Shown: positions 42,956-55,179 of the stretch, in pieces | Numbering within the stretch: position 1 is the first letter of the stretch | Layout: each line of letters begins with the position of its first letter | Source: Pedobacter sp. | Lineage (GTDB): Bacteria > Desulfobacterota > Desulfuromonadia > Desulfuromonadales > Syntrophotaleaceae | Direction: 5' to 3' | DNA: 64,000 nucleotides | Assembly: GCA_050253415.1 (NCBI GenBank) | Contig: JBFWJC010000008.1 | Coordinates: 1 to 64,000 of the forward strand | Made by a program: the position numbers and the translations under genes | The notes under the pieces: generated by a model | Told to the model about the DNA's origin: nothing | Databases searched by the model: none | Seen by the model: only the letters and a program-made list of their open reading frames with translations

Positions 42956-43549
42956 TCATGTAAAGTGAGACACCAGAACAAAACCGCCAATACCTAAAAC
43001 CATAAGCGCAAATGTAAGATAATTAAAGTATTTCTCAATAAACCATCGAACGGACTGACCGCAGTAAAAAACCAGGGTAGCCAGCAGGAAAAAACGTAAG
43101 CTTCGACTCAGCAAGGATGCTACCATGAACATGCCGAAGTTGATATGAAAGACCCCGGCACCAATAGTGATAATTTTATAGGGAATCGGCGTGAAACCCG
43201 CTGTGAACACGACCCAGAAGTCGTATTCGGTAAAAAGCTTTTGAACGTGAGCAAATCCCTGCTCACTGAACATGGGGACATACTTATAAAACACCTCCCC
43301 CAGAGTATCCCAAAAACCTAAACCAATACCATATCCTAAAACCCCACCGAGAACGGATCCCACGGAAGCGACAGTAGCAAAACGAAATGCCTTGTATGGG
43401 ACCCCGAGAGCCAGTGCCACAAGCAACACATCCGGAGGAATTGGGAAAAAGGAGGATTCAGCGAAGGCCAGAAGAAACAAGGCGGGTACTCCGTAAGGAG
43501 TATTGGCCCAGCGCAGAACCCAATCATAAAGACGACGTAACAGCCTCAT
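42956..43549 (-). CDS. YqaA/DedA (VTT) family membrane protein
   Basis: [20 protein letters not shown]. Confidence 0.9.
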   Translation of the reverse strand: MRLLRRLYDWVLRWANTPYGVPALFLLAFAESSFFPIPPDVLLVALALGVPYKAFRFATVASVGSVLGGVLGYGIGLGFWDTLGEVFYKYVPMFSEQGFAHVQKLFTEYDFWVVFTAGFTPIPYKIITIGAGVFHINFGMFMVASLLSRSLRFFLLATLVFYCGQSVRWFIEKYFNYLTFALMVLGIGGFVLVSHFT

Positions 43550-44205
43550 CCTTCCGACTCCTCTTCACTCCAACCGCATTTCCCGATCAATGGGACAAAG
43601 CGACAATCAAGAAGATTTTCTTCCGAGAATTTATCAAGTCCGGTGCGTACAACACGTTTAAGTATCTGGTTGCCACGACTTCCGACAGGGATCACCAAAC
43701 GCCCACCGATAGAGAGTTGCTCCAAGTAGTAATGGGGTATTTCAGGACTACCAGCCGTGACAATAATACCATCAAAAGGCGCCTCTTCCTCCCATCCAAA
43801 AGTTCCGTCCGTGAGCTTGATGTTCACATTTCTGCACCCGATCTCATCAAGAACCCGGCGTGCACGGCGAGCTAATGCGGGCAAACGCTCAACGGTATAG
43901 ACTCGAGAAACGAGCTGACTCAAAACCGCTGCCTGATAACCGGAGCCCGTACCCACTTCAAGTACTTTCTCTCCACCGCGCAGACACAGTGCTTCGGTCA
44001 TAAAGGCAACCATGTATGGCTGGGAAATGGTCTGTTTTTCTCCGATAGGGAGGGGATAATCACTATAAGCCTGAGACCGAAGCGCCTCCTCAACGAATAA
44101 ATGACGCGGCACACGCATCATGGCCGAGATCACAAGGGAGTCTGTCACCCCACGCCGAACAACCTGTTGTTCCACCATCAATCGACGGGCAATCGAATAA
44201 TCCAT
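43546..44205 (-). CDS. pcm: Protein-L-isoaspartate O-methyltransferase
   Basis: [26 protein letters not shown]. Confidence 0.96.
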   Translation of the reverse strand: MDYSIARRLMVEQQVVRRGVTDSLVISAMMRVPRHLFVEEALRSQAYSDYPLPIGEKQTISQPYMVAFMTEALCLRGGEKVLEVGTGSGYQAAVLSQLVSRVYTVERLPALARRARRVLDEIGCRNVNIKLTDGTFGWEEEAPFDGIIVTAGSPEIPHYYLEQLSIGGRLVIPVGSRGNQILKRVVRTGLDKFSEENLLDCRFVPLIGKCGWSEEESEG

Positions 44206-44353
44206 GTTTGGTTTTCCTTACAGCATGGGTCCATACGAACCAATGCCCCCCCTTTTTGAGAAAGCAATTAATATATTCAGGCCCGCGTCTAACGGACAAG
44301 GCCACAAATAGTCCTGCATCATCAACAAATAATTTTCGTTGGTTCGGCCGTAT

Positions 44354-45106
44354 TTAAGTTGTGGGATAATCGGCATACCAGGCAGAAAGACTTTCAAAAG
44401 ACTGAAAGTTCGTCAAATCCAGGTGCAACGGCGTTACCGAAATAAAATTTTGACGTAAGGCATGACAGTCGGTACCATCGGCTGATTCAAATTCGCATGC
44501 GTCACCACCGAGCCAATAATATTTGCGCCCACGTGGATCTACCTTTTCTACCACCATATCGCCATAACGCCTTCGCCCCTGACGCGTCAGACGTATTCCC
44601 CGAATAGGCCCTGCGGGAACATTTACATTAAGAAAAGTATCCGCAGGCAAACCATTCTGAACTACTTTCCGCGAAAGATATAAAGCAGCACAAGCCGCAT
44701 GTTTATATTCATCAGGGGAAAAAGCTTCACCGGCAAGCGATACGGCAAGTGCCGGTACCCCCATCAGAGTTGCCTCCATGGCAGCACATACCGTACCCGA
44801 ATAAGTAATATCATCACCAAGATTGGCACCACGGTTAATCCCTGCCACAACAAGATCAGGGACAGAAGCAAACAACCCATGTATACCAAGGTTGACGCAA
44901 TCAGTAGGTGTGCCATCAACGGAATAAACACCAGCGCGCAACTCATCGGCACGTACTGGAGCATGAAGAGTGAGGGCGTGCCCGATGGCACTGCGATCTC
45001 TATCGGGCGCGACAACCACGACCTGACCAAGCTCCCGCATCGATTCAGCCAAAGCTGCAATGCCAGGAGAATGAATACCGTCGTCGTTGGTTACCAGAAT
45101 CAGCAA
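44354..45106 (-). CDS. surE: 5'/3'-nucleotidase SurE
   Basis: TNDDG, GTPTDCV, G.N.G.N....YSGT. Confidence 0.96.
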   Translation of the reverse strand: MLILVTNDDGIHSPGIAALAESMRELGQVVVVAPDRDRSAIGHALTLHAPVRADELRAGVYSVDGTPTDCVNLGIHGLFASVPDLVVAGINRGANLGDDITYSGTVCAAMEATLMGVPALAVSLAGEAFSPDEYKHAACAALYLSRKVVQNGLPADTFLNVNVPAGPIRGIRLTRQGRRRYGDMVVEKVDPRGRKYYWLGGDACEFESADGTDCHALRQNFISVTPLHLDLTNFQSFESLSAWYADYPTT

Positions 45107-45169
45107 TAAACGCCTCGTAGGAAGGTTATACCGGTATGGAAGGTATGAATCGGAAACACAGAACCTGCT

Positions 45170-45517
45170 CTATTCGAGAGAGGCCCGCAACTGCAATAAG
45201 TCCTGACGGATTTCCTGCAACACTCGAACAGCCTCATCAGGGTCAACAGATGAGGCTGCGGGTTCAGCGCCAGATTGTTTGGATAAAATCTTTTTGGCAC
45301 CTGCAATGGTATACCCCTGCAGATACAGCATGTCTTTGAGGGTAAGAACCAGTTCAATATCCGCCCTGCGATAAAGCCGTTGTTTACCTTGGCTCTTGAC
45401 CGGACGGATATTGCGAAACTCGGATTCCCAATAACGCAGGACATGTGGCTTAATGCCAGTCAGCTGCGCTACCTCGCCAATTTTGAAATAAAGTTTATCA
45501 GGAATGGACACCTGCAT
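45170..45517 (-). CDS. MerR-family HTH regulator
   Basis: YFKIGEV, LRYWESEF, R.Y; typical position after ihfA. Confidence 0.9.
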   Translation of the reverse strand: MQVSIPDKLYFKIGEVAQLTGIKPHVLRYWESEFRNIRPVKSQGKQRLYRRADIELVLTLKDMLYLQGYTIAGAKKILSKQSGAEPAASSVDPDEAVRVLQEIRQDLLQLRASLE

Positions 45518-45540
45518 AATGCGTCCAGAACCGGGCAGGG

Positions 45541-45822
45541 TCAATCTTGCCCGTTTATAGCTGCCTTAAGTACCTGACTGGGCTTAAAGGTCAGGATATT
45601 ACGGGAGCTGATTTCAATTTCTTCACCGGTCTGTGGATTACGACCACGCCTGGTGGCTTTTTGTTTCACAACAAAATTTCCGAACCCGGCAAGTTTGATC
45701 TTTTCCCCATTTTCCAGGGTAGATTTTATCAGATCAAATACCATCTCAACGATATCCGAAGATTCCTTTTTAGAAAATCCGGTCTTAAGGTAAACTTTTT
45801 CTACCAGATCAGCCTTCGTCAT
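45541..45822 (-). CDS. ihfA: Integration host factor alpha subunit
   Basis: MTKADL, GFGNF, GRNPQTGE, FKPS; after pheT. Confidence 0.93.
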   Translation of the reverse strand: MTKADLVEKVYLKTGFSKKESSDIVEMVFDLIKSTLENGEKIKLAGFGNFVVKQKATRRGRNPQTGEEIEISSRNILTFKPSQVLKAAINGQD

Positions 45823-46220
45823 GGCCTCATCCCCCTTTTGAACCACAGATACTTGAATTCACGCGTTTTTTTATAGCACAGGGACTTTTCCTAAGCAACC
45901 GATTTTTATCACATCAAGCCCAAGAAGCTGCTATTCGCAAAGAAAAGCAGCGATGCCATGGTATTGCCTGGGTTTCGGCATTCAAAGAATCCCGGATTGT
46001 AGCAGGGAAACCATGACCATTAACCAGCGTTTTAGGGCTCAACTGCTAGCGCCCTTCTGGCTGTAAAAAGGACTTAAAGTATGGCCAACGCCCGCTTATC
46101 AGGGTGCTGGCCACACAGAATGAAAGTAGCTTCATACTACCAGGGATGTTTAAATGCATCAGTGGTTCATCTTGGCACAAGACTCAGCCCGGTCAAAAAT
46201 AACGCAACAACCATGCAACC

Positions 46221-48635
46221 TCAACGAATCTCGATGCCTAGATTTGCAATCAGCGCTTTAACAATTCTATCATGAGCTTTCTGAATTTCTTCATCTTTGA
46301 GCGTTCGATCAGCACTACGATATAAAACCCGGATAGCCAGGCTTTTTTTACCCTCAGGCACGCCCTTTCCTCGGTAAAGATCAAACAGGGTGAAATCTTC
46401 CACCAGATTACCACACGATTTATTCAGGACTTTAAGAACCTCACTAAATGGCAGATCTTCATCAACCAGAAAAGCACTGTCTCTGGCTACCTGTGGGAAC
46501 CGTGACAACGCCTTAAATTTGGCGGCCCCACCAGAGGCTGCCAACAATTGTTCAAAATCCAGATCAAGAAGAAGAACCGGTTCATCAATTTCAAAAGCCG
46601 CCAGAACTTTGGGATGAATTTCTCCAAGGGTACCAAGGACTGTCTCCTTGAATCTTACGGTACAACTTTTCCCAGGGTGCAGGAAGGTTTCTCCGACACT
46701 GCCATCCCAGACAACCTCAGAGATATTAAACATATCCAAGACTTGCTCAACAACACCTTTAAGATCGAAGAAATCGACTTTATCGTTTACCTGTCCCCAA
46801 CCTTCAGGTTGGCGGCGTCCACACAAAATAGCGCAAAGTCGCCATTTCTCCAAAGGGAGAGCTTCACCGGGGTTTGGTAAAAAAACGGGGCGCAATTCAA
46901 ACAGTCGCAAATCCTGGTTCTGGTAAGCGAGATTGCGGGAAACCGATTCCAGAACACTCGGCACGAGACTGGTACGCATGACAGACTGATCTTCAGTGAG
47001 GGGATTCAGTATCTTAACCGGATCTCTTCGTATATCAGCTGCCTCCAGACCGATACGATCCCAGGAACCGGGAGCAACGAATGAATAATTTACAATTTCA
47101 CTGAAACCAGCCCCGACCATAACATTACGTAACCTAGCGGTTTCCTTAAGATGCCTGGGAGGAATATGACAAATCATGCGACCAGCTGGCATGGTAACGG
47201 GGATATGATCGTATCCATTGAGACGTGCGACTTCTTCGATGAGGTCGATTTCTCTTTCAAGGTCGGGCCGAAAAGACGGCACGACCACGACCAAACGCTC
47301 TTCATCGCTGCCCTCGGCGGGATACACATCAAGTTCGATGGATCGCAAATGGCCCTGTACATCTTCGAGCTTTAATTTAAGACCCAGTATTTCATTAACG
47401 CGCCTGATGGAAAGACCGATTTTCCGTTCACTCAAGGGCTTGGGATATTCGTCAATCCTCTCCCGGCATACAACTCCTCCAGCAACCTGACTGATAAGAG
47501 CAGCGGCTTTATCCAGTGCCACTGGCACCATTGCAACATCGCCACCTCGCTCAAACCGATGGGAAGCTTCGGTACGCAAGGCCAGACGTTTGCTGGTACG
47601 TCGTATAGTCAGTGGATTAAAATAAGCACTTTCAAGAAGGATATCGACGGTTTCCGGGATTATTTCGGAATTTTCTCCCCCCATAATACCGGCCAGCGCA
47701 ACCGGCCCCTTTCCATCGCAGATCACCAGGTCGTTTTCACCAAGGGAACGGGGGACACTGTCGAGAGTCTTAAACTGTTCGGACGAAGCGGCCCTCTTAA
47801 CCACGATACGGCCCTCTGCGAGACGGCGATAATCAAAAGCATGCAGAGGCTGCCCCAATTCCATAAGAATAAGGTTGGTTACATCAACGACATTATTAAT
47901 AGAGCGTTGGCCGACCGATTCCAGGCGGCGCACCAACCATTCCGGCGACGGCCCGATTTTAACACCAAGAATCAAACGAGCCGCATAACGAGGGCACAGT
48001 TCCGGGTCCTCAATAATTACTGAAGTGAGTTCGGATGTTTTTTGTTCACCTTCGATTAAAGTGGGCATAGTGACCTTAAGAGCACACCCCGCCATGGCGG
48101 ATACTTCTCGCGCCACACCCATAACACTCAGGCAATCAGGCCGATTGGGAGTAAGGCCAATTTCATACCGCACATCTTTAAGTCCCAAAGCATCAAAGAC
48201 AGGTTGGCCCAACTTAAAATCAGGCGATAGAATCATGATGCCATCGGAACTATCCGCAAGACCCAGTTCTTTTTGTGAACAGAGCATGCCAAAGGATTCC
48301 ATGCCGCGAATTTTCGATTTTTTAATTTTGAAATCGCCGGGGAGTATGGTGCCTACGGTAGCAAGGGCGACAAGATCACCGGTTTTATGATTAGTAGCGC
48401 CACAAACAACCTGCACGGTTTCTGTACCCGAATCGACCTGACACACCGTCAATTTATCGGCATCGGGATGCTTATCAACAGAAACCAACCTGGCAACAAC
48501 AACAGAATCAAATCCTTCGCCAATGCGCTCCATGCTATCTACTTCAAGTCCGGCCATAGTAAGACGGTGCGCCAGCTCATCAGGACTTAATTTAAAATCT
48601 ACAAACTCTTTCAACCAATTATAAGTAACGATCAT
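46221..48635 (-). CDS. pheT: Phenylalanine-tRNA ligase beta subunit
   Basis: HPDADKL, TPNRPD, INNVVD.TN, DLIEEVAR, FDX-ACB C-terminus. Confidence 0.97.
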   Translation of the reverse strand: MIVTYNWLKEFVDFKLSPDELAHRLTMAGLEVDSMERIGEGFDSVVVARLVSVDKHPDADKLTVCQVDSGTETVQVVCGATNHKTGDLVALATVGTILPGDFKIKKSKIRGMESFGMLCSQKELGLADSSDGIMILSPDFKLGQPVFDALGLKDVRYEIGLTPNRPDCLSVMGVAREVSAMAGCALKVTMPTLIEGEQKTSELTSVIIEDPELCPRYAARLILGVKIGPSPEWLVRRLESVGQRSINNVVDVTNLILMELGQPLHAFDYRRLAEGRIVVKRAASSEQFKTLDSVPRSLGENDLVICDGKGPVALAGIMGGENSEIIPETVDILLESAYFNPLTIRRTSKRLALRTEASHRFERGGDVAMVPVALDKAAALISQVAGGVVCRERIDEYPKPLSERKIGLSIRRVNEILGLKLKLEDVQGHLRSIELDVYPAEGSDEERLVVVVPSFRPDLEREIDLIEEVARLNGYDHIPVTMPAGRMICHIPPRHLKETARLRNVMVGAGFSEIVNYSFVAPGSWDRIGLEAADIRRDPVKILNPLTEDQSVMRTSLVPSVLESVSRNLAYQNQDLRLFELRPVFLPNPGEALPLEKWRLCAILCGRRQPEGWGQVNDKVDFFDLKGVVEQVLDMFNISEVVWDGSVGETFLHPGKSCTVRFKETVLGTLGEIHPKVLAAFEIDEPVLLLDLDFEQLLAASGGAAKFKALSRFPQVARDSAFLVDEDLPFSEVLKVLNKSCGNLVEDFTLFDLYRGKGVPEGKKSLAIRVLYRSADRTLKDEEIQKAHDRIVKALIANLGIEIR

Positions 48636-48721
48636 GACGGCGATCCTCTAAAAAGTATAAATACGGACAAGAAACGTCATAAGAACCCGTCGTTTAAAGG
48701 AAACGACGAATTCCAAACCTG

Positions 48722-49738
48722 TTAAAACTGACGCAAAAAGCGGATATCGTTTTCAAAAAACAACCGCAAATCATTTACGCCATACTTTAGCATGGCAATA
48801 CGTTCCACGCCCATACCGAAGGCAAAGCCGCTGTAAACTTCCGAATCGTAATTAACAGACTTAAAAACTTCAGGGTCGATCATGCCGCTGCCAAGAATTT
48901 CCAACCAACCCGAATTTTTGCAGACCCGGCATCCCTTCCCTTTACACATGACACACTGAATATCGACTTCGGCACTCGGTTCGGTGAAAGGGAAAAATGA
49001 AGGTCGAAAGCGAACTTCGAGACCTTTTCCAAAAATCTGGGACAAAAAGGCAGTCAGAATCCCTTTGAGATCGCCAAATGTGATGTTGCGTTCCACCAAA
49101 AAACCCTCTACCTGATGAAACATAGGGGTATGGGTAATATCAGAGTCTCTGCGATAAACCGTACCGGGTGCGATAATTCTAACGGGGGGTGCGTGTTTAA
49201 GCATGGTGCGAATTTGTACGGGAGACGTATGGGTTCGCAGGACGATATCATCATTAACATAAAAGGTATCCTGCATATCACGAGCAGGATGATCTTTAGG
49301 CATGTTAAGAGCTTCGAAATTATAAAAATCCTGCTCCACCTCGGGACCTTCGGCGACAGCAAACCCAAGAGCGGCAAATATGGCCGTAATCTCTTCGATA
49401 ACAAGCGTGACAGGATGCTTGGTTCCGGCGGGCAAACGTCGTCCAGGCAAAGAAACATCAACCCGTTCTTCGGCAAGACGTTTTTCCATTTCAATCTCGC
49501 CAAGAATACGGGAACGGTCTTCGAACAGGCTCTCAAGATCGCTTTTCACCTGGTTGGCTAACGCACCCAGAATAGGTCTCTCTTCCGGACTGAGTTTTCC
49601 CATCTCTTTCATGATGGCCGTCAGTTCGCCCTTTTTACCGAGAAAACGAACGCGGGTTTCCTGTAAAATAGCGGCGGAAGAGGCAGCTTCAAAAGCTGCA
49701 CGTCCATGCTCCAGCATGGCATTAAGTTTTTCTCTCAT
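48722..49738 (-). CDS. pheS: Phenylalanine-tRNA ligase alpha subunit
   Basis: [33 protein letters not shown]. Confidence 0.97.
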   Translation of the reverse strand: MREKLNAMLEHGRAAFEAASSAAILQETRVRFLGKKGELTAIMKEMGKLSPEERPILGALANQVKSDLESLFEDRSRILGEIEMEKRLAEERVDVSLPGRRLPAGTKHPVTLVIEEITAIFAALGFAVAEGPEVEQDFYNFEALNMPKDHPARDMQDTFYVNDDIVLRTHTSPVQIRTMLKHAPPVRIIAPGTVYRRDSDITHTPMFHQVEGFLVERNITFGDLKGILTAFLSQIFGKGLEVRFRPSFFPFTEPSAEVDIQCVMCKGKGCRVCKNSGWLEILGSGMIDPEVFKSVNYDSEVYSGFAFGMGVERIAMLKYGVNDLRLFFENDIRFLRQF

Positions 49739-49804
49739 ATTCCGTTCCATTCGTCCCGTTTGAAAACCAAAGATGCGGTCCGGTATAAACATCCCGCACC
49801 GCAC

Positions 49805-49842
49805 AAAAAAAAAGAGATGAGGCCCTGCCTCATCTCTTTTTT
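49805..49842 (-). terminator. Intrinsic terminator after rplT
   Basis: aaagagatgaggc-cct-gcctcatctcttt with a long U-tract on the minus strand. Confidence 0.88.
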
Positions 49843-49857
49843 CTGAACTCGATCATC

Positions 49858-50214
49858 TTACTGAAGCTGGGCTTTGGCTTTTTCCGCGATGGCGCTAAAG
49901 CCAGCAGGATCTGTTACAGCCAGCTCTGCCAGAACCTTGCGGTCCAGAGCGATTTCTGCCTTTTTCAGACCGAAAACAAACCGACTGTAAGATACGCCGT
50001 TGTCACGTGCCGAAGCGTTAATCCGGGCAATCCATAATGCACGAAAATCCCGTTTTTTAACACGGCGGTCACGAAACGCATAATTAAGCGCACGATCAAC
50101 CGCCTCTGTAGCACTGCGAAACAACTTACTACGGGCGCCGCGATAACCTTTAGCCAGCTTTAAAACCTTATTACGACGACGTCTCGCTTTGAATCCTCTT
50201 TTTACTCTTGGCAT
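49858..50214 (-). CDS. rplT: 50S ribosomal protein L20
   Basis: [23 protein letters not shown]. Confidence 0.97.
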   Translation of the reverse strand: MPRVKRGFKARRRRNKVLKLAKGYRGARSKLFRSATEAVDRALNYAFRDRRVKKRDFRALWIARINASARDNGVSYSRFVFGLKKAEIALDRKVLAELAVTDPAGFSAIAEKAKAQLQ

Positions 50215-50319
50215 GCAACTACTCCTCGTGGTGGTGAGCGGATAATCCCGCTGCCGGATCTGAAGGGGGAGACATTTCCCCACAGTTCACGGACTTAAAT
50301 ATGACCCACCGTCTCGCTC

Positions 50320-50517
50320 TTAAATGTAAGGGATAAGACAGCTGATATTTTTATGGTCAGCCTTGGCAACAATCGTACCCTGTCGAAGGTCGCGTTTACG
50401 CTTGGTCGACTTTTTGGTCAGAATGTGACTGGTAAAGGCCTTGTTGCGACGAATTTTACCGGTGCCGGTTTTGCGGAAACGCTTAGCAGCTCCACGGTTG
50501 GTTTTAATCTTTGGCAT
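50320..50517 (-). CDS. rpmI: 50S ribosomal protein L35
   Basis: [14 protein letters not shown]. Confidence 0.97.
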   Translation of the reverse strand: MPKIKTNRGAAKRFRKTGTGKIRRNKAFTSHILTKKSTKRKRDLRQGTIVAKADHKNISCLIPYI

Positions 50518-50620
50518 GGAAACGTTCTCCTTGGTATCATGACGCGACACAGTGTGCCCTATCAGGCATCATTGATGTTCGCGGTATTATCCGATCGTTA
50601 TTTTCGATCGGCATATTAGC

Positions 50621-51136
50621 TTATTTTTTCTTCGGTGCGATTACCATAGTCATGAAACGTCCCGCCATTCGCGGAGACATCTCCACCACTGCGATATCAG
50701 CTACCTCATCGGCGACCCGTTTCATCAGACCGTAACCAAATTCCGGATGAGTAACCTCGCGACCACGGAACATGACGGTCACTTTTACCTTGTTGCCATC
50801 TTCAAGAAACCGCAAGGCATTTCTAACCTTTACCTGAAAATCATGATCCTCCGTCTTGGGCCGCATCTTGACTTCTTTGATATCGACACGCGCAGACTTC
50901 TTTTTGGCCTCTGCGGCACGCTTGCTCGCCTGATACTTATACTTGCCGTAATCCATGATACGACACACAGGCGGGCTCGCATTGGGCGAAACCTCTACGA
51001 GATCGAGCCCTCGCTCTTCCGCTGCAAGCAGAGCTTGGTTAACGCTCATGACACCGAGCATTTCCCCTCCGTCTACGACGACACGGACTTCCTTGGCTCG
51101 AATGGCGCGATTGACGCGCGTTTCCTCCTTAGCTAT
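50621..51136 (-). CDS. infC: Translation initiation factor IF-3 (non-canonical ATA start)
   Basis: Frame continues upstream of the called ORF as (I)AKEETRVNRAIRAKEVRVV; AGGAGGT RBS precedes ATA at 51136-51134. Confidence 0.92.
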   Translation of the reverse strand: MAKEETRVNRAIRAKEVRVVVDGGEMLGVMSVNQALLAAEERGLDLVEVSPNASPPVCRIMDYGKYKYQASKRAAEAKKKSARVDIKEVKMRPKTEDHDFQVKVRNALRFLEDGNKVKVTVMFRGREVTHPEFGYGLMKRVADEVADIAVVEMSPRMAGRFMTMVIAPKKK

Positions 51137-51147
51137 GGTAGCACCTC

Positions 51148-53064
51148 CTAACGATACTGATCACACTCTTCCTGAACGAATCGTGCAAAGTCTTCAGGAC
51201 TCATGGGTTCCAGGTTTTTGCCGGTTCGGAAGCGAGGAGCGACGGTACCATCCGCCAACTCTTTATCCCCGATCACTAGCATGTACGGTATTTTTTCCAC
51301 CTGGGCCTCTCGGATCTTGAAGCCAAGTTTTTCGTTTCGCAGATCACACTGTACACGAATCCCAGCGGCTCGCAAAGCATCGGTGACCTTTTCAGCATAT
51401 TCAGCCTGATTATCCGTCACATTGATCACAACAGCCTGAACCGGCGCGAGCCACAATGGAAAGTTACCCGCATAATGTTCGATCAAAACGCCGATAAAGC
51501 GTTCAATGGCCCCGAGGATGACGCGATGCAACATGACCGGCCGATGTTTTTCACCATCTTTGCCGACATATGTAAGATCGAAACGCTCAGGTAAGGTAAA
51601 ATCGCACTGGATTGTAGCACACTGCCATCTTCTGTCAAGAGCGTCCTTGAGCTTGATATCGATCTTGGGCCCATAAAAGGCACCGTCGCCCTCGTTAATC
51701 TCGTGAGGCAACTCAAGATCTCTCAAAGCTCCCATCAATGCATTGGTAGCACGCCCCCAGTCTTCGTCGCTGCCAATAGATTTTTCCGGTCTTGTGGAAA
51801 TCTCGATTTCATATTCAAAACCGAAAATAGCCATGACATCCCGCACAAACTCGAGGACGCGTTTGATCTCGCCGTCGAGTTGATCCGGAGTACAAAGAAT
51901 ATGGGCATCGTCCTGAGTAAAGCCTCGAACGCGCAGCAGACCATGCAATACGCCGGACTTTTCATGCCTGTGAACCGTACCGAGTTCAAAGTAGCGCAGG
52001 GGCAAGTCACGGTAGGAACGTTGACGGGATTTATAAATAAGCATATGGGCAAGACAGTTCATGGGTTTAAGCCCATATCCCTGACCGTCCACGTCAGTAA
52101 AATACATATTTTCGCGATAGTTGTCAAAATGACCGGAAATCTTCCACAGATCCGTGCGGAGAATTTGAGGCCCCATAACAATATCGTAGCCACGGCGAAG
52201 ATGCTGACGACGTTCGAAGTCTTCCAGCAAGGTGCGCAACATTGCACCCTTCGGATGCCATATCACCAGACCCGCGCCAGCTTCTTCACTGAAGGAAAAA
52301 AGATCCAACTCACGCCCGATGCGACGATGATCTCGCTTGCGAGCTTCTTCGAGCTTGTTCAAGTAAGTACGGAGGTCTTTCTTATCAGGAAATGCCGTTG
52401 CGTAAATGCGCTGCAGCATGGCATTTTTTTCACTGCCACGCCAGTATGCACCGGCCACGCTGGTAAGCTTAAAAGCCTTAATAAAGCCGGTAGATGGCAG
52501 ATGAGGACCACGACACAGGTCAACAAAATCGCCCTGACGATAAAGAGAGACGGTCGGCGCATCCAGGTCTTCGATCAACTCGACCTTGTAATGTTCACCG
52601 AGTTGCCGAAACAGCTCAATAGCACTATCGCGCGTAACTTCCTCGCGACAAACAGGCAGATTGGCCTTAGCCAATTCTTGCATCCGCTTCTCTATTTTTT
52701 CAAAATCATCAGGTGAAAAGGTATGATCCTGACAGAAGAAATCGTAGTAAAAACCGTTTTCGATGGCAGGTCCGATAGTGACTTGAACTTTGTCACCATA
52801 GATATCCTTAACCGCATGGGCCATGAGGTGGGCTGAGGTATGGCGATATACTTCAAGCCCCAAGGGGGAGTTCAAAGTAATAATCTCCAACCGACCACTC
52901 TGGGTAAGCGGCACAGACAGGTCGATCATACAATCGTTGAACCGGGCCGCCACTGCCTGGCGAGCCAGACCTGCACCGATCCCGGCTGCCACATCACCAG
53001 CGGTGGTCGCTTCAGAAAATTCCTTTATAGAACCATCTGGCAATTCAATCTGAATCATGACCAC
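51148..53064 (-). CDS. thrS: Threonine-tRNA ligase
   Basis: TGS domain, [27 protein letters not shown]. Confidence 0.97.
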   Translation of the reverse strand: MVMIQIELPDGSIKEFSEATTAGDVAAGIGAGLARQAVAARFNDCMIDLSVPLTQSGRLEIITLNSPLGLEVYRHTSAHLMAHAVKDIYGDKVQVTIGPAIENGFYYDFFCQDHTFSPDDFEKIEKRMQELAKANLPVCREEVTRDSAIELFRQLGEHYKVELIEDLDAPTVSLYRQGDFVDLCRGPHLPSTGFIKAFKLTSVAGAYWRGSEKNAMLQRIYATAFPDKKDLRTYLNKLEEARKRDHRRIGRELDLFSFSEEAGAGLVIWHPKGAMLRTLLEDFERRQHLRRGYDIVMGPQILRTDLWKISGHFDNYRENMYFTDVDGQGYGLKPMNCLAHMLIYKSRQRSYRDLPLRYFELGTVHRHEKSGVLHGLLRVRGFTQDDAHILCTPDQLDGEIKRVLEFVRDVMAIFGFEYEIEISTRPEKSIGSDEDWGRATNALMGALRDLELPHEINEGDGAFYGPKIDIKLKDALDRRWQCATIQCDFTLPERFDLTYVGKDGEKHRPVMLHRVILGAIERFIGVLIEHYAGNFPLWLAPVQAVVINVTDNQAEYAEKVTDALRAAGIRVQCDLRNEKLGFKIREAQVEKIPYMLVIGDKELADGTVAPRFRTGKNLEPMSPEDFARFVQEECDQYR

Positions 53065-53079
53065 TCACTTTCTCCGCGA

Positions 53080-53107
53080 ATAAAAAGAGGCATCCGAAGA
53101 TGCCTCG
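53080..53107 (-). terminator. Stem-loop with U-tract after tRNA-Val
   Basis: Minus strand GAGGCATC-TTCG-GATGCCTC-TTTTAT. Confidence 0.7.
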
Positions 53108-53133
53108 ACTATACGCGCGGTGTTTGTAGTATA

Positions 53134-53208
<75 letters not shown>

Positions 53209-53355
53209 ACAAAACTGCGACGGGGCAAATTAATATCAAAACGCAGGTATGTGTGTCAACATGTTTTCCATCATACCTGTAAAAAAAATCATGGCATAGG
53301 GAAAAATCTCTGTTTAGAGCCTCAATGGCTAAAAATTTAAATCAACAACAAAGCC

Positions 53356-54927
53356 TCAAGTCTGCCGTCGTAATTTTCGCTTAATGAAACTGGAGGCCTG
53401 ACTTGCTTCAGGAACCCGCATGATAACACATCCAACTGCATACAATCCTCCGCCTCCCATGACAGCAACCCCCAGCAACATCAGTTTATACCAAAAGGCT
53501 CCAGCCACGTCCCATTTTCCGTTTTGCAACACCACATAGACAAAAGCTGCCATCAGAAGTGTAACCGGGACCACACGGGACATCGACAGTGCAACATGCT
53601 TCAAACCAAGAGAACCAAGCTTTCTTCGCAGCAAGAACAACAGCACCCCGCAATTGAACACAGAGGCCAGAGTCAACGCCATAGCCAAACCCACATGTTG
53701 AAACGGCTTCATGAGCCATATTCCGAGGCCGGCATTTACCAACAGAGTCCAAAAGGATACCCAGACCGGAGTACGGGTATCATTCATGGCATAAAAACTA
53801 GGTACCACCACACGGCTCACCCCAACGAATAACAGACCCGGTGCATAAGCAGCCAACACGATGGATGCCTGCCATACATCCGCATACTCGAAGGCTCCAT
53901 GCATAAAGAACAAACTGTAGACGGGTACGGAACAAAAAATCAATCCAACCGTGGCCGGCAAGGTAAACAATCCGATCAACACAAGCGCATACCGAAGGGA
54001 GTCCTTAAAGCCAGCCTCATCCCCCGTTGCGACCTGCCGGCTCATAGCAGGAAGAACGGCCTGCGCCAGCGAGACAACAAAAATGCCCTGCGGAAACTCG
54101 AATAAACGTTGTCCGAAATAAAGGTAGGACACACTGCCTTCAGGCAGAAAAGAAGCCAACAGCCTTGTCACGACAATATTGATCTGATAAATGGCCACCC
54201 CGATCAGACCAGGCATCATTAACTTGACGATCCTCAGAACCGCGGGATGGCGGAAATGAAAATCGAATTTGAAGCAAATCCCACGGCTTTTCAACACTGG
54301 AAACTGAAAGGCCAGCTGTAGAAAACCACCAATCAGCACGCCGATGGCAAGTGCAGTAACCGGCGCATCAAAGTAATCCGCCAGAAAATACCCTGAAACA
54401 ATCATGGCAAGATTTAATAAAACAGGTGATACGGATGGCCAGAAGTAATGTCCAAGCACATTGAGAATGCCCGTTGCAAGAGCCAACAAGCTGACAAAAA
54501 AGATGTAAGGGAACATCAGACGATTCAGGGAATTCGTCAATTCCAGCTTACCAGGTACCGCACCGAAACCGTATCCGATTACTCGGACAATCCATGGGGA
54601 AGCAAGTATGCCACACAAGGTCACAACTACCATGACCAACAACAACAGCGTCCAACATATATTGGCTACCCGCCTACCCTCTCCCTCCCCCTCGGTATGA
54701 TAAACGCGAGAAAAGGTTGGTACAAAAGCGGCCGTCAAGGATCCTTCCGCAAAGAAACGTCTCAACAGGTTAGGTATTGTAAAAGCCATAAAAAAAGCAT
54801 CGGCACCAAATCCGGCACCAAAAAGACGGGCAACAACCACATCCCGCACCAGTCCAAAAATGCGACTCATTCCGGTGGCAAAACCCATAACACCTGTCGC
54901 CCTGGTAATTTCGCTCTTTTCCTTCAT
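53356..54927 (-). CDS. murJ: Lipid II flippase MurJ
   Basis: SRIFGLVRD, IPNLLRRFFAEG, RLFEFPQG, multi-TM. Confidence 0.95.
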   Translation of the reverse strand: MKEKSEITRATGVMGFATGMSRIFGLVRDVVVARLFGAGFGADAFFMAFTIPNLLRRFFAEGSLTAAFVPTFSRVYHTEGEGEGRRVANICWTLLLLVMVVVTLCGILASPWIVRVIGYGFGAVPGKLELTNSLNRLMFPYIFFVSLLALATGILNVLGHYFWPSVSPVLLNLAMIVSGYFLADYFDAPVTALAIGVLIGGFLQLAFQFPVLKSRGICFKFDFHFRHPAVLRIVKLMMPGLIGVAIYQINIVVTRLLASFLPEGSVSYLYFGQRLFEFPQGIFVVSLAQAVLPAMSRQVATGDEAGFKDSLRYALVLIGLFTLPATVGLIFCSVPVYSLFFMHGAFEYADVWQASIVLAAYAPGLLFVGVSRVVVPSFYAMNDTRTPVWVSFWTLLVNAGLGIWLMKPFQHVGLAMALTLASVFNCGVLLFLLRRKLGSLGLKHVALSMSRVVPVTLLMAAFVYVVLQNGKWDVAGAFWYKLMLLGVAVMGGGGLYAVGCVIMRVPEASQASSFIKRKLRRQT

Positions 54928-55053
54928 CCCACACAGACTCCTAAAAATACAAAACACCCCAAATAAAGGATTATTTTATTTTAATTCACTATCCAAGATC
55001 GATAACATACTGTTATATGATGCTTTTTTTACGTTTGATAAGTTTTTGTTAAC

Positions 55054-55082
55054 TTGACTAATAATGTCACCGGTGTTATAAA
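55054..55082 (+). promoter_or_regulatory. Sigma-70 promoter of rpsT
   Basis: TTGACT-N17-TATAAA with extended TG. Confidence 0.6.
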
Positions 55083-55179
55083 ACGCAGCATGTCATCGAT
55101 AAGAAAACTTTCTATCGTGCAGATGACTTCCAATGTAGAAAAATCAAACAACCTATTTTGTTAAAACGGAGGCAAAACC

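Noticed and set aside
49739..49857. pheM-type leader peptide attenuator before pheS
   Set aside because: A terminator hairpin is present but no Phe-rich leader ORF precedes it.
50518..50620. L20-binding autoregulatory RNA between infC and rpmI
   Set aside because: Small hairpins exist but cannot be matched to a known model by eye; an Infernal search is needed.
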